The notes under the pieces are model-generated. The model did not search any database and had not been told where the DNA came from. It was given only the letters and a program-made list of their open reading frames with translations. 64,000 bases of DNA from an uncultured Chloroflexia bacterium (GTDB taxonomy: Bacteria; Chloroflexota; Anaerolineae; CG2-30-64-16): contig CAWEMM010000009.1 in the NCBI GenBank assembly GCA_963810095.1, forward strand, positions 64,001-128,000. The letters are read 5' to 3'. The position numbers were made by a program, and so were the translations under genes. Positions 19,265 through 30,495 of this stretch are shown here, piece by piece (position 1 is the first letter of the stretch; every line of letters starts with the position of its first letter).

Positions 19265-20672
19265 ATGTCAGTCCAGGAACCTAGAGTGGCGCCTATCAGC
19301 GCCCAGTCCATCGAGGCGTTCCGAGCACAAATGCGCGGCGCCCTTATCCGGCCGGGCGACGCCGATTATGAACCAGCACGACGGGTTTACAACGGGATGA
19401 TCGACAAGCGCCCGGCCTTGATCGCCCGCTGCGCAGACGTCGCCGATGTCATCAGCGCCGTCAACTTCGGCCGCGACAATGGCCTCACGATCGCGATCCG
19501 CGGCGGCGGCCACAACGGCCCGGGTTTGGGCACCTGCGACGACGGCCTGGTTATCGACCTGTCGCGTATGCGGAGTGTTCACGTCGATCCCGGTACGAGC
19601 CGGGTGCAAGTGGAGGGCGGCGCCCTGTGGGGCGACGTGGACCATGCGACGCACCCGTTCGGTCTCGCGGTGCCGTCCGGGTTCCTCTCGACGACGGGCG
19701 TGGGGGGCCTGACGCTGGGCGGCGGGATCGGTTACCTGACGCGCAAGTACGGCCTGACCGTCGATAGCCTGCTGGGCGTGGAGATGGTGCTCGCCGACGG
19801 CAGCTTCGTTACGGCGAACGAGCGCGAGAATGCCGACCTCTTCTGGGCCGTGCGCGGGGGCGGCGGCAATTTCGGAGTGGTCACCTCGTTCGTGTTCCAG
19901 GGTCACCCCGTGCACACCGTCTACGGCGGCCCCATGATGTGGCCGATGGAAATGGCGGGCGACCTGCTGAAGTTCTGGCAGGATTTGATCCTGAACGCAC
20001 CCGACGACCTCAACGGCTGGTTCGGGTTCGTCACCGTGCCGCCCGCGCCGCCTTTCCCCGAAGCACACCACATGGAAAAGATGGCGGCGGTCGTCTGGTG
20101 CTATACCGGGCCGCACGACAAAGCCGAGGAGGTTTTCCGGCGGATCCGCCAGTTCGGACCGCCCGCCATCGACTTTGCCGGTCCCATCCCGTATCCTGCG
20201 CTGCAGAGCATGTTCGACGCGCTGTACCCGCCCGGCCTGCAGTGGTACTGGCGGGCCGACTTCTTCAATGCGGCTGGACGACCGGGCGGTCGACCTCGCG
20301 GTCAAGTATGGCTCGCAGCTCCCCACGATGCAGTCGACCATGCATCTTTACCCGATTAACGGCGCGGCGGGTCGCGTCGGCGCGGCGGACACGCCCTGGA
20401 GCTATCGCGATGCCAAGTTCTCCGCGGTCATGGCCGGCGTAGACGGGGATCCGAGCAACAACGAGCGCACCGGCGCGTGGGCCAAGGACTTCTGGCTGGC
20501 GCTCCACCCACATTCTGCCGGCGGCGCCTACCTCAACATGATCATGGATGAGGGGGAAGACCGGGTCAAGGCCGCCTACCGCGACAACTATGCCCGGTTG
20601 GCCCGCATCAAGGCGCGTTACGACCCGGCTAATCTCTTCCACGTCAATCAGAACATCAAGCCGGCCGCATAA
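19265..20672 (+). CDS. FAD-binding oxidoreductase, VAO/berberine-bridge family (frameshift near 20268)
   Basis: IRGGGHN, GVGGLTLGGG, DLFWAVRGGGGNFGVVT, AYLN, YDPANLFHVNQNI. Confidence 0.9.
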
Positions 20673-20905
20673 CTCGCCCGCACCGCACAACAGGTTCGCT
20701 GCCCCGGAACGCAGGCCAGCCCCACGGGTTGGCCTGCGTTCCCATTTACGCCAACCGGGGTCGATCTCACACGGCGGCGCCGCTCATCAGGAGTATAATT
20801 CACGCTATTAACTTGATAAGATACTGGACAAGGCCTCTCCTGCCGGAGCAGATGGGCAGACGAGACCGTCTCTCTGTCTATCGGCGGCCGAGGAGGTGTT
20901 TCGGA

Positions 20906-23900
20906 ATGCCGGCAAGCTTCGAGGTTCAGCTCTTGGGGGGCCTGCGTCTCCTGTACTCAGGCAGTCCGATCACGGGGGTCAATACTCCGCGCCTGCAATC
21001 GTTGCTCGCCTTCCTCGTCCTGTCTGCCGGCGTCCCGCAATTGCGCCAGCACGTCGCCTTCAGCCTGTGGCCCGACACCACCGAGCCGAACGCCCGCAAC
21101 AGCCTACGTCAACTCCTGCACCAGCTTCGGCAAGCGCTGCCCGAAGCGGACCGTTTCCTGAAAGGCGACGGCAGCACCGTATACTGGGAGAGAGATGAGT
21201 CGCAATCGGTCGACGTGTGGCTCTTCGAGCGCAACCTGGCACTGGCAGACGAAGCCGAGCGACGTGGCGATGCCGCTGGCCTGCGGGACGCGCTGGAAAA
21301 GGCGGCCGGGCAATATCACGGCGACCTCCTGCCCGCCTGCTACGACGAGTGGATCGGGACGGCTCGGGATGACCTGCAGAATCGTTACCGGCGCGCGTGC
21401 GGCCGGCTGGTGCGTCTCCTGGAAGACGCGGGCGACTATCGGGCGGCAGTTGGCGTCGCGGAGAACATGCTGCGCTGCGATCCCCTCGAGGAGGAGGGCC
21501 ACGCGCTGTTGATGCGCCTGCACGCCCTCAACGGCGACATCGCCGGGATAACGGGAACTTACAGCGCCGCGATCGATACGTACCGGCGCGAACTGGGGAG
21601 CGAGCCCGACGCCTCGCTTCAGGCGTTGTACGAGCGGCTGCTAACCGCAACCACGCGGTCTTCCGGGGGAGAGGCATCGGGCAGCGCGCGAGCAGCGACC
21701 GCGGAAGCGCCGTCGCTTGCGTTGGTCGGCCGGCGAGCTGAGTGGCAGCGCCTGCTGGCGGCCTGGACCGCGGCCGCGGCCGGTGAAGCGCACCTCGTTC
21801 TGATCGGCGGAGAGGCGGGGATCGGTAAGTCGCGCCTGGCCGAGGAGCTCTTCACGTGGGTGAAGCGGCACGGGCTGGTGGCTGCGCATGCCCGCTCGTA
21901 CGGCGCCGAAGGCCGCCTGTCGCTCTCGCCGGTCAGCGAGTGGCTGCGCAACCCCGCGCTGCGGGCCTACTGGAGCGGGCTGGACCAGGTGTGGCTGACC
22001 GAAGTGGCCCGGCTGCTGCCCGAACTGCTGGAAGACGACAGGCGCGTGCCCCAGCCTCAACCGATTGCGGAAGCAGGCGGCCGGCAGCGTTTCTTCGAAG
22101 CGTTGGCCCGTGCCGTCCTCGCAGCGCCCCGGCCCCTCCTCCTGTCGATTGACGACCTGCACTGGTGCGATCTCGAAACCCTCGAATGGCTTCACTTTCT
22201 GCTGCGCTTTGCCCGTGAGGGCGGCCTTCTCGTCCTGGGCACGGCGCGGATCGAGGAATCCCCTGCCGACCACCCGCTGAGCGGACTTGCCCGGAAATTG
22301 TTGAGCGAAGGAAGGATCACGCGGATCGACCTGTCTCCGCTCGACGCAGCAGAAACGGCGAAGCTGGCCGCACAGGTGGTCGGCAGTGAGCTCGATGATA
22401 TTGGCGCGATGCGGCTGTACCATGAAACGGAAGGCAACCCGCTCTTCATCGTCGAGACCGCACGTTCCGGTGCGATCGGCGTCCAGCGTAAAGCAGGCCA
22501 TGCTGCGTTAGCGGCCGGCGACGGCCATACCCTCCCGCCCCGGGTGCACGCTGTCATTGCCGAGCGGCTGGCTCAGCTGTCACCCTTCGCGCGCAGCATT
22601 GCCGAAATCGGGTCAGCGGTGGGGCAGGCCTTCACCCTCAAACTGCTGCTGGCAGCGGCGATGAGCGACGAGGAAGCGGCCGTGAAAGCGCTGGACGAGC
22701 TCTGGCAGCGACGTGTCATCAGGGAGCTGAATCCGGGCGAGTTTGATTTCACGCATGACAAGCTGCGCGAGGTGGCGCTGTCCGAAATCAGCCCTCCGCA
22801 GCGCCGCTTGTATCACCGCAGGCTTGCGCACGCGTTGGAAGCGCTGAACGCGCAGGACCTTGACTCGGTCGCGGCGCAAATCGCGGCCCAGTATGAACAG
22901 GCCGGGATGATCGAGCAGGCCATCCCGTATTATCAGCGCGCGGCCTCGGTCGCGGCGAGGCTCTACGCCAACCATGATGCGATCGCCATCCTGACACACG
23001 CCTTGGCGCTGCTCGCACAGTTGCCGCCCGGCACGCGGCGCGATGCACAGGACCTGACGCTGCAACTGGCGCTGGCGCCGCCTTACCGCATCACAAAAGG
23101 CTGGACGTCGCGGGAAGTGGACGCCGCGCTGAACCGTGCTTTGCTCCTGAGCGATCGGGTCGGCGACATGGGGCAGCGCGCACAGACCTTGTATGGGCTG
23201 CAGTCGGTGCATGTCGTCGCCGGACGGCTGGAGAAGGTGGAACATACCTACGCCGAGATGTGCGAGTTGTTCGAGAGGGCGCAGGGTGCGCCGCCACCGC
23301 CCTTCGCCGATTCGATGTATATCGGCGCGCAGCTTCACATGGGCCGTGTGGCAGAAGCATCCGAAGGCTTCGAGCGCATCGTCGCCGTGCATGATCCCAA
23401 GCATATCAACGACTTGCAGGACTCGCAGGGCGTCAACTACCTGGTCCTCAGCCATGCCTGGAACGCGCACGCGTTGTGGTGTCTCGGTCAACCCGATCGG
23501 GCACTCGAAAGCGCACTGGCAGGAGTGTCCTTCGCGCACGAGTACGGGCAGCCTTTCAACGAGGCGCTTGCAGTAACCTACCTGGCCATGCTGCAGGAGA
23601 TGCGAGCCGGCACCGAGACCTTTCTCGCCCATGCTGAGGAGGCGCAGGTGCTGGCAGCGCGAGTACCAGGCGCCGTACTACCATACGTGGGCGAGTATCC
23701 TCGTCGATTTTGCCCGTGGCTGGCTGGACCCAGAGGCGGGCGCCGCGCAGCGCCTGGTCGATGCGATCGAGGCCTTCCGTGCGAGCGGCGCGCGGCTGCG
23801 CCTGCCCTACTACCTCTCGCTGCTGGCCCGCCTGTACGGCAGGATCAATGAGCCCGAGCAAGGCCTGGCCGTGATCGAGCAGGCGTCGACCGAATCGTTC

Positions 23901-24221
23901 GAAAACCACGAGCGTTGGTGGGATGCTGAGCTGCACCGCGTGCGCGGGGAGCTGATGCTCGCCCAAGGCGCGGATGCGGCCGACGTGGAGGCCGCCTTTC
24001 GACGGGCGATCGAGATTGCGCGGGGCCAGGGTGCCCGGTCGTTGGAACTGCGCGCGGCCATCAGCCTCGCGCGTCTGCGCAGGGAGGGTCCGGGGGAGGG
24101 AGCAGCCATGCGAACGCTTGCTTCGGTATACGGCTGGTTCACCGAGGGATTCGGGACGCCCGATCTGCAGGAGGCCGAGGGTCTTCTCAAAGGCCAGTCG
24201 GCCGGTCAGGCACGGACGTAG
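20906..24221 (+). CDS. SARP/BTAD-AAA ATPase-TPR transcriptional regulator (frameshift near 23657)
   Basis: LLGGLRL, LWPD, DPLEE..H..LMRL, GEAGIGKS, IDDLHW, GNPLF, HDKLRE, ELRAAISLARL, FTEGFGTPDL. Confidence 0.88.
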
Positions 24222-24351
24222 CAAGGGCCCGCTGCGTGGCGAGATAACGGATGCCTTGGCTCGATTTGCAGCCCGGTTTAGTGCCAGCAAACCGCCCGGT
24301 TTGAACCCGGACGCTGTTTGAGTTTTGAGGGGCGTGCTTTATGATTGACCC

Positions 24352-27105
24352 ATGTCCCCGCCCATTCTGGCTACCAAGCTGTACGTTCCCCAGCCCCGCC
24401 CGGGCGCCGTCCCGCGCAATCGGTTGCTCGGATGGCTGAACGCGGGGCTGCGCCAAAACGGGGGATTTGCGCGCAAGCTGACCCTTATCTCCGCATCCGC
24501 CGGCTTCGGCAAAACCGCGCTCCTTGCCGAATGGGCCGCCGGTTTCCCCAGCTTCGACCCGAGGCTCCGCGTTGCGTGGCTGTCCCTTGACGAGCGGGAC
24601 GGCGACCCCGCGCAGTTCCTCGCCTACCTCGCTGCGGCCCTGCTGACGGTCGCCCCGGACCTTGATGTGGGGGGCCTCCCCTCGCTGCACACGCCTCAGC
24701 CGCCTCAGCTCGAGCCGATCCTGACCGCGCTGCTGAACGAGATCGCCGCGCTCCCGTCCCTCATCGTCCTGATCCTCGACGACTACCACTTGCTCGACTC
24801 GCAGCCGGTAGACGCGGCCCTCGCCTTCCTGGTCGAGCACCTCCCTCCCCAGCTGCACCTCGCCATCGCCACGCGCGAAGATCCCGCGTTGCCGTTGGCC
24901 CGCCTGCGCGGCCGGGGCCAGCTGGCCGAGCTGCGCGCGGCCGACCTCCGCTTCACCGCGGCCGAGGCAGCCGAGTTCCTCAATCGGGCGATGGGCCTGG
25001 ATCTTCCGGCCGAGGACGTCGCCGCACTGGAGGAGCGCACCGAAGGCTGGATCGCGGGCCTGCAACTGGCCGCGCTCGCCCTGCAAGGGACGCCGCCCCC
25101 ATCAACCGGCGCGACGTCGGTCGACAGGACCCGCTTTATCGCCTCGTTCACGGGCGGCCATCGCTTTGTGCTCGACTACCTGCTCCAGGAGGTGCTCGAA
25201 GGGCGGCCCGCGGACACACAGACCTTCTTGCTGCGGACCTCCATCCTCGACCGCATGTGCGGCCCCCTGTGTGATGCCGTTCTCGGTTCTCCTTCTGGGC
25301 GAGGCCAGGAAACCCTGGCCTATCTCGAACACGCCAACCTGTTCGTCGTCCCGCTGGATAACGAGCGCCGCTGGTATCGTTACCACCATCTCTTTGCCGA
25401 ATTGCTGCGGCAGCGGCTGGAGCAGAGCCTCGCGAGTGCGGGAGGAGATGAAGGGCCGACCGGAGCGGAACTGCACTGCCGTGCCAGCCAGTGGTACGAA
25501 GACCGCGGCTTGCAGGTCGAAGCCTTCCGCCACGCAGCAGCAGCCCATGACATCGAACGCGCCGAGCGACTGATTAAGGGAGGCGAGATACCCCTGCACT
25601 CACTCGCCGCGGTAGCCGCCATCATCAACTGGCTGGATTCGTTGGCGAAGACCGCGCTGGACGCGCGGCCCTGGTTGTGGGTCAGGTCTGCCACGTCGCT
25701 GCTGATGGCCGGACAGATAACTGGTGTCGAAGAGAAACTGCAGGCGGCTGAGGCTGCTCTAGCCGGCGCTCCGCAAAATGCCGGTGGAGAGGACGCGGCC
25801 CGCGACCTGGTGGGACAGATTGCCAGCGTCAGAGCCACGTTGGCGATCCTCCGGTACGAGGCGGACGCCGCGATCCTCCAATCGCGCCGCGCGCTCGAGT
25901 ACCTGCACCCCGATAACCTGCCATCGCGCGGTCGAGCGACCTGGACCCTGGGGTATGGTTACCAGCTCCAGGGGGACCGAGCCGCGGCCCGCCGGATTTA
26001 CGGCGAAGCCATGTCGATCCGGCAGGCGTCCGGGAATGTTTTCTTTACTATTTTGGCCACAACCAACTTGGCCCAAGTACAGGAATCTGACAACCAGCTC
26101 CATGAGGCGGCTGAAAGCTACCGGCGCTCGCTGCAACTGTTTGGCGATCGCGAACCTCCGAACGCCAGCGAAGAGTTTATCGGCCTGGCCCGGATCTACT
26201 ATGAGTGGAACGACGTGGAGGCCGCCGAGCAGTATGCGCGGCAGAGCGTGGAACTGGCACGGCAATACGATCCCGCCATTGACCGGGTCATCATCAGCCA
26301 GGTGTTCCTGGCCCGCGTGAGACTAACTCTGGGCGATGCGGCAGGTGCAGCGGCCCTGCTGGCAGCGGCGCAACAATCTGCGGCTCAGTCGAACTTCGCC
26401 GCGCGTCTGCCCGAAATTGCCGCGGCCCAGGTGCTTCTCCACCTTTCCCAGGGCCAGCTAGGGGCAGCCGCCCAACTGGCGCGGCAATACGATCTCCCGC
26501 TCAGCCGGGCACGCGTGCTCCTGGCGCAAGGGGACGCGTCCGCCGCCCTGGCAGTTCTGACCGCGTATCGGGAGCGGGTCGAAGCCAAGGCTTGGCCGGA
26601 TGAGAGGCTGAAGGCGATGGTGCTGCAGGTCCTCGCGCTGGAAGCGCTCACGCGCGGTGCCCACTGCGAGCAGGACGCGGCCCTGCAACTGCTCGGCGAC
26701 GCGCTCGCGCTGGCCGAGCCGGGCGGCTTCATCCGCCTCTTCGTGGATGAAGGCGAGCCCATGCGCCGGGCGCTCTGCGCTTATCAGCCTCGCGACGGCG
26801 AGAAGCCGTCACGCCCTTATCTCGAAAAACTCCTGGCCGCCTTCCCCCGACCCGACGCTGCCCCGCGATCGCAAACCCTCGCCGCCGGAGGCGGTGGGCA
26901 AGCTGAAGCCGTCGAGCCGCTTACCCAACGCGAGCTCGACATCCTGCGACTGATGGCCCAGGGACTCTCGAACCAGGAGATCGGCGCGCGGCTCTTCCTG
27001 GCCGTAAACACGATCAAAGGGCACAACCGGGTGCTCTTCGACAAGCTGCAGGTCGAGCGGCGAACCGAGGCCATCGCACGGGCGCGCGAACTTGGCGTGA
27101 TCTGA
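24352..27105 (+). CDS. MalT-like LuxR family regulator (STAND ATPase-TPR-HTH)
   Basis: LATKLYVP, ASAGFGKT, LDDYH, RTEGWIAGLQL, WYRYHHLF, LTQRELDILRL..GLSNQEI. Confidence 0.92.
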   Translation: MSPPILATKLYVPQPRPGAVPRNRLLGWLNAGLRQNGGFARKLTLISASAGFGKTALLAEWAAGFPSFDPRLRVAWLSLDERDGDPAQFLAYLAAALLTVAPDLDVGGLPSLHTPQPPQLEPILTALLNEIAALPSLIVLILDDYHLLDSQPVDAALAFLVEHLPPQLHLAIATREDPALPLARLRGRGQLAELRAADLRFTAAEAAEFLNRAMGLDLPAEDVAALEERTEGWIAGLQLAALALQGTPPPSTGATSVDRTRFIASFTGGHRFVLDYLLQEVLEGRPADTQTFLLRTSILDRMCGPLCDAVLGSPSGRGQETLAYLEHANLFVVPLDNERRWYRYHHLFAELLRQRLEQSLASAGGDEGPTGAELHCRASQWYEDRGLQVEAFRHAAAAHDIERAERLIKGGEIPLHSLAAVAAIINWLDSLAKTALDARPWLWVRSATSLLMAGQITGVEEKLQAAEAALAGAPQNAGGEDAARDLVGQIASVRATLAILRYEADAAILQSRRALEYLHPDNLPSRGRATWTLGYGYQLQGDRAAARRIYGEAMSIRQASGNVFFTILATTNLAQVQESDNQLHEAAESYRRSLQLFGDREPPNASEEFIGLARIYYEWNDVEAAEQYARQSVELARQYDPAIDRVIISQVFLARVRLTLGDAAGAAALLAAAQQSAAQSNFAARLPEIAAAQVLLHLSQGQLGAAAQLARQYDLPLSRARVLLAQGDASAALAVLTAYRERVEAKAWPDERLKAMVLQVLALEALTRGAHCEQDAALQLLGDALALAEPGGFIRLFVDEGEPMRRALCAYQPRDGEKPSRPYLEKLLAAFPRPDAAPRSQTLAAGGGGQAEAVEPLTQRELDILRLMAQGLSNQEIGARLFLAVNTIKGHNRVLFDKLQVERRTEAIARARELGVI

Positions 27106-27275
27106 CACCAGCCCCCGAACCCTCCACAACAGTACCTCCATTAATACTTTGGTGTCTTCCCGCGCATACCTTTCCGGCGCTACCCTGAGGGCGTATTTCG
27201 CTGCAGTGGTATTTCATCGCAGTGAAAGATTGCCGCAGTGAATGATCACTGCCGTCGCCGGAAGGAGTCAACAAG

Positions 27276-27971
27276 GTGAACCTGAGAAAACTCGGTGGGC
27301 TTTCAGCCCTGGTCCTCGCCGCCGCGTACCTGCTGGGGATGGCGCTGAACTTCACGCTGCTGGACACCTCCAGCATCCTCGATCCCGTCGCGAAAGTGGC
27401 GTTCCTCGCGGGCAAGCAAACCCTTTTCCAAGCCTATATCTTCTTCATCTACGTCGTGTTCGGCGTCTGCCTCGTGTTCCTGGCCGAGGCGCTCCTCGAA
27501 CAGTTGAACCCCGGCGCGCCCGCGCTGGCGCGCACCGCCACCGCCTTCGCGCTGATCTGGGCCGGCCTCCTGATCGCAGCCGGGAATGTCTTCATTGCCG
27601 GCCTGCACACCGTCTCGGCCGCCTTCGCTCAGAACCCGGCGCAGGCGGCAACTGCCTGGCTCGCCATCGATTCGGTCCACCTCGGGCTCTCCGGCACGGC
27701 CGAGATACCGGGCGGCTTGTGGACCTTGCTCATCAGCCTGGCCATGCTGCAGGCCGCCAGGTTCCCCCGGCCACTGAGTTACCTGGGCATTGCGACCGGC
27801 GCCCTGGGCCTGGTCACGGTGATTCCCGCCGTGTTCATGCCGGCAGTCGCGGCGTATACGCTCGGTCACTGCGCCTGGTGGATCTGGCTCGGGGTGCTCT
27901 TGTTGCGCAGGGGTGCCTTGAGCGCGGTGCAAGCGCGGCAGGAGTTGACGCCGGGCCTCAGCCCGCAGTGA
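27276..27971 (+). CDS. DUF4386-like membrane protein
   Basis: About 6 TM segments; EIPGGLWTLLIS, FPRPLSYLG; AAGGAG RBS; follows the MalT-like gene. Confidence 0.7.
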   Translation: MNLRKLGGLSALVLAAAYLLGMALNFTLLDTSSILDPVAKVAFLAGKQTLFQAYIFFIYVVFGVCLVFLAEALLEQLNPGAPALARTATAFALIWAGLLIAAGNVFIAGLHTVSAAFAQNPAQAATAWLAIDSVHLGLSGTAEIPGGLWTLLISLAMLQAARFPRPLSYLGIATGALGLVTVIPAVFMPAVAAYTLGHCAWWIWLGVLLLRRGALSAVQARQELTPGLSPQ

Positions 27972-28057
27972 GTTCGCCCACCGAGGCGCGCCCAGCGAGG
28001 GCGCGCCCTCAGCTAGAACGCGCTCTCGCCGAGAGCGATCAGAAAAAGGAGTAGCAG

Positions 28058-28525
28058 ATGAAACTCAACAGTCCAACATCAGGCTTCGAGCGGCGGAGGG
28101 TCGTGCTCTCAACGCTCTGGATCTTCGCCGTCCTCAACTACATCTACGCCGACGTGTACACCTTGTTCTTCAACCCGGTGCTCAAGCCGGAGGCGTGGCA
28201 GAAATTCCTGGCGGGCGACGCCGGCGGCGTTCAAATCACCCCCGGCTTCGTGCTGGTGACGGCGATCCTCATGGAGACCGCCATCGCCATGGTCCTGCTG
28301 TCCCGGGTGTTGCCCTATCGTGCCAACCGGTGGGCGAACATCCTGTCGGGCGCGCTCCATACCCTCTTCGTCGGCTGGTCGCTGATCGGCGACGCGCCGA
28401 CCGGCTTCTACCTGATGTTCGCGGTGATCGAGGTCGTCACGACCCTGTTCATCGCCGGGTATGCCTGGAAGTGGCCCGGTCCTGACAAGCAGGAAGAGCG
28501 GTCGCCCGCCCTCGCCGTGGGGTGA
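28058..28525 (+). CDS. DUF6326-like membrane protein
   Basis: LSTLWIFAVLNYIYADV, METAIAMVLLSRVL, NRWANI. Confidence 0.75.
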   Translation: MKLNSPTSGFERRRVVLSTLWIFAVLNYIYADVYTLFFNPVLKPEAWQKFLAGDAGGVQITPGFVLVTAILMETAIAMVLLSRVLPYRANRWANILSGALHTLFVGWSLIGDAPTGFYLMFAVIEVVTTLFIAGYAWKWPGPDKQEERSPALAVG

Positions 28526-28529
28526 GACC

Positions 28530-28760
28530 GTGATCTATCAGATCCGGGTCCAGGGCCATCTGGGGCCCGAATGGACCGGCTGGTTCGAGGGCCTCGCCAT
28601 CACGCTGGTGGAGGACGGCGACACGCTGTTGACCGGCCCCGTCGTCGACCAGGCTGCGTTGCATGGCCTGCTGAAGAAAGTAAGGGATTTGGGCGTACCG
28701 CTGGTCTCGGTCAATCGGGTTCAAGCGGGACCGGCAGGTACATCAGGAGGCAAGGAGTGA
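28530..28760 (+). CDS. Small conserved hypothetical protein
   Basis: YQIRVQGHLGPEWTGWF..TLLTGPVVDQAALHGLL..VRDLG, a type often seen beside MalT-like genes. Confidence 0.8.
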   Translation: MIYQIRVQGHLGPEWTGWFEGLAITLVEDGDTLLTGPVVDQAALHGLLKKVRDLGVPLVSVNRVQAGPAGTSGGKE

Positions 28761-29488
28761 ACAACTATCGAAGGAATGCCGTCGTTGCGGGCGTGCTCTA
28801 CATCGTCGGGACCGTTTCCGGCGTGCTGAGTTTCGTCTTCACCCCGCCGGTCCTTGGCGGCCCCGGCTACCTGGCCAGGGTTGCGGCCAATCCCGCGGCG
28901 CTTATCCTGGGGGCGTTTTGTGTGCTGGCCATGGGCCTGGCGCTCGCCATGGTTCCGGTGGTCCTGTACCCGGTCCTCAAGCGACATAACCTGCCCCTGG
29001 CCGTTGGCTACGTCGTGTTTAGAGGTGCGCTGGAGACAGTGACCTACCTTGGGGTCGTGGCGGCCTGGCTTTTGCTTGTCACGCTCGGGCAGGAATACGC
29101 AGCCGCCGGCGCCCTGGCGAGATCTGACTTTCAAGTCCTGGGCTCCCTGATCAGCAAGGCGGCCGAGATCAGCGCGAATCTCACCGCGGTCGTCTTTCCC
29201 ATCGGAGCCATGATGCTCTACGCGGTGCTGTACCAGGCGAAGCTGATCCCGCGCTGGCTGTCGGTCTGGGGGATGATCGCCGTCGGGCTGACACTGGTGT
29301 CGAGCGGCGTGCCCGGTCTAGCCAACCGGCCCGACGCCATGCCGGCCGTCCAAACGGCGGCCAACGCGTTGACCCTCGTGCAGGAGATGGTGATGGCGGT
29401 GTGGCTCATCGCCAAGGGGTTCAACCTGTCGGCCAGGGCTGCGCGGCCTGCCCGGACGGAAGCGAACGAGTTGCTGAGCGCAGTATAG
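28757..29488 (+). CDS. DUF4386 family membrane protein
   Basis: GTGA overlap; AGVLYIVG, LYPVLK, YVVFRGALE, LIPRWLSVWG, QEMVMAVWLIAKGF. Confidence 0.8.
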   Translation: MNNYRRNAVVAGVLYIVGTVSGVLSFVFTPPVLGGPGYLARVAANPAALILGAFCVLAMGLALAMVPVVLYPVLKRHNLPLAVGYVVFRGALETVTYLGVVAAWLLLVTLGQEYAAAGALARSDFQVLGSLISKAAEISANLTAVVFPIGAMMLYAVLYQAKLIPRWLSVWGMIAVGLTLVSSGVPGLANRPDAMPAVQTAANALTLVQEMVMAVWLIAKGFNLSARAARPARTEANELLSAV

Positions 29489-29505
29489 AAGGGCAGGGTG
29501 GGGGA

Positions 29506-29530
29506 TAGGGAGGGCCGGCCGCCCTCCCTA
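29506..29530. terminator. Hairpin after the DUF4386 gene
   Basis: TAGGGAGGGC/GCCCTCCCTA 10-bp stem. Confidence 0.45.
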
Positions 29531-29545
29531 ATCGGAGAGAGCGAA

Positions 29546-29695
29546 ATGGTCAGTCCAAGCAAGCGACGGACGTCGCACCCGTTCTACCTTAAGGCGTTCG
29601 TGCTGGCGATTGGGGGCGGCGTCGCCTTCTGGGTCACCACGGTCGCAACGTCCCTGCTACCCATCGCAGCGGACTACCGGGCCGCGCAGGACTGA
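29546..29695 (+). pseudogene. Short or truncated membrane protein
   Basis: GGAGA RBS; 49 aa with one TM segment (FVLAIGGGVAFWVTTVATSLLPIAA), then an abrupt stop. Confidence 0.35.
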
Positions 29696-29920
29696 TTTGC
29701 CCGCTGCAACTCTTCAAACCGTCCCATTCAATACGACTCCCTTACGTCGGCTGGCGGCGTCATGTTAATGTGTGTATCAGGTCCAACGACACAACACGTT
29801 CACATCTTGTGGCAAACTAATGTCGCATGGCTGATCCAAGCTACCCACAAGCAGCGTATCTTCAGTTCAGAAAGCCGGTTGCAGCAAAAGGCAAGCTCAC
29901 ACGAAAAGGAGTAGCGTAAC

Positions 29921-30421
29921 ATGAAGATCATCCGACTGACCTTGCTGGTGGGGGTTGTCGCCGCGGTATTGGCGCTCGGGTTTGGGTCCGGGTTCGCGCG
30001 CGAGCCAAAGATCCTGGAGTTTGACAGCATGGTGGGGGTGCCGTCCACGCTGACAGGGGCTCAGAATCCGATTCGCGGCATCAACGGCGGTGGGCTGGCC
30101 TGGACACTCACCTCGGCCACCGGCGAACTGAAGCAGTCCGGTAAGCTGGAGATGGACGTGACGGGCCTCGTTTTCGCAGCAGGCCCCAACGTCGGCAAGA
30201 ACACGGTGACCAGTTTCAGGGCCATCGTGAGCTGCCTGGACGGCAGCGGTAACCCTGTCAACCGCATGACGAACGCGTTCCCCGCGACAACCGGCGCGGC
30301 GTCTGACGGGGGCGGGAATGCCAAGATTGAGGCCACGCTCGACCTGCCCACGCCGTGCATTGCGCCCATCATCTTCGTCACGAGCCCCGGCGGCGCCTGG
30401 TTCGCCGTAACCGGCCGGTAA
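29921..30421 (+). CDS. Secreted hypothetical protein
   Basis: AAGGAG RBS, signal peptide, IRGINGGGLAW, two Cys (IVSC, PCIAPIIFV). Confidence 0.75.
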   Translation: MKIIRLTLLVGVVAAVLALGFGSGFAREPKILEFDSMVGVPSTLTGAQNPIRGINGGGLAWTLTSATGELKQSGKLEMDVTGLVFAAGPNVGKNTVTSFRAIVSCLDGSGNPVNRMTNAFPATTGAASDGGGNAKIEATLDLPTPCIAPIIFVTSPGGAWFAVTGR

Positions 30422-30430
30422 ACACGCGAG

Positions 30431-30466
30431 GGAGCGGCGAGGGTCTCATCGACGCCTCGCCGCTCC
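30431..30466. terminator. Hairpin between convergent genes
   Basis: GGAGCGGCGAGG/CCTCGCCGCTCC 12-bp stem. Confidence 0.6.
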
Positions 30467-30495
30467 TTCTCATGGATCGACAGGCAAAGGACCGG

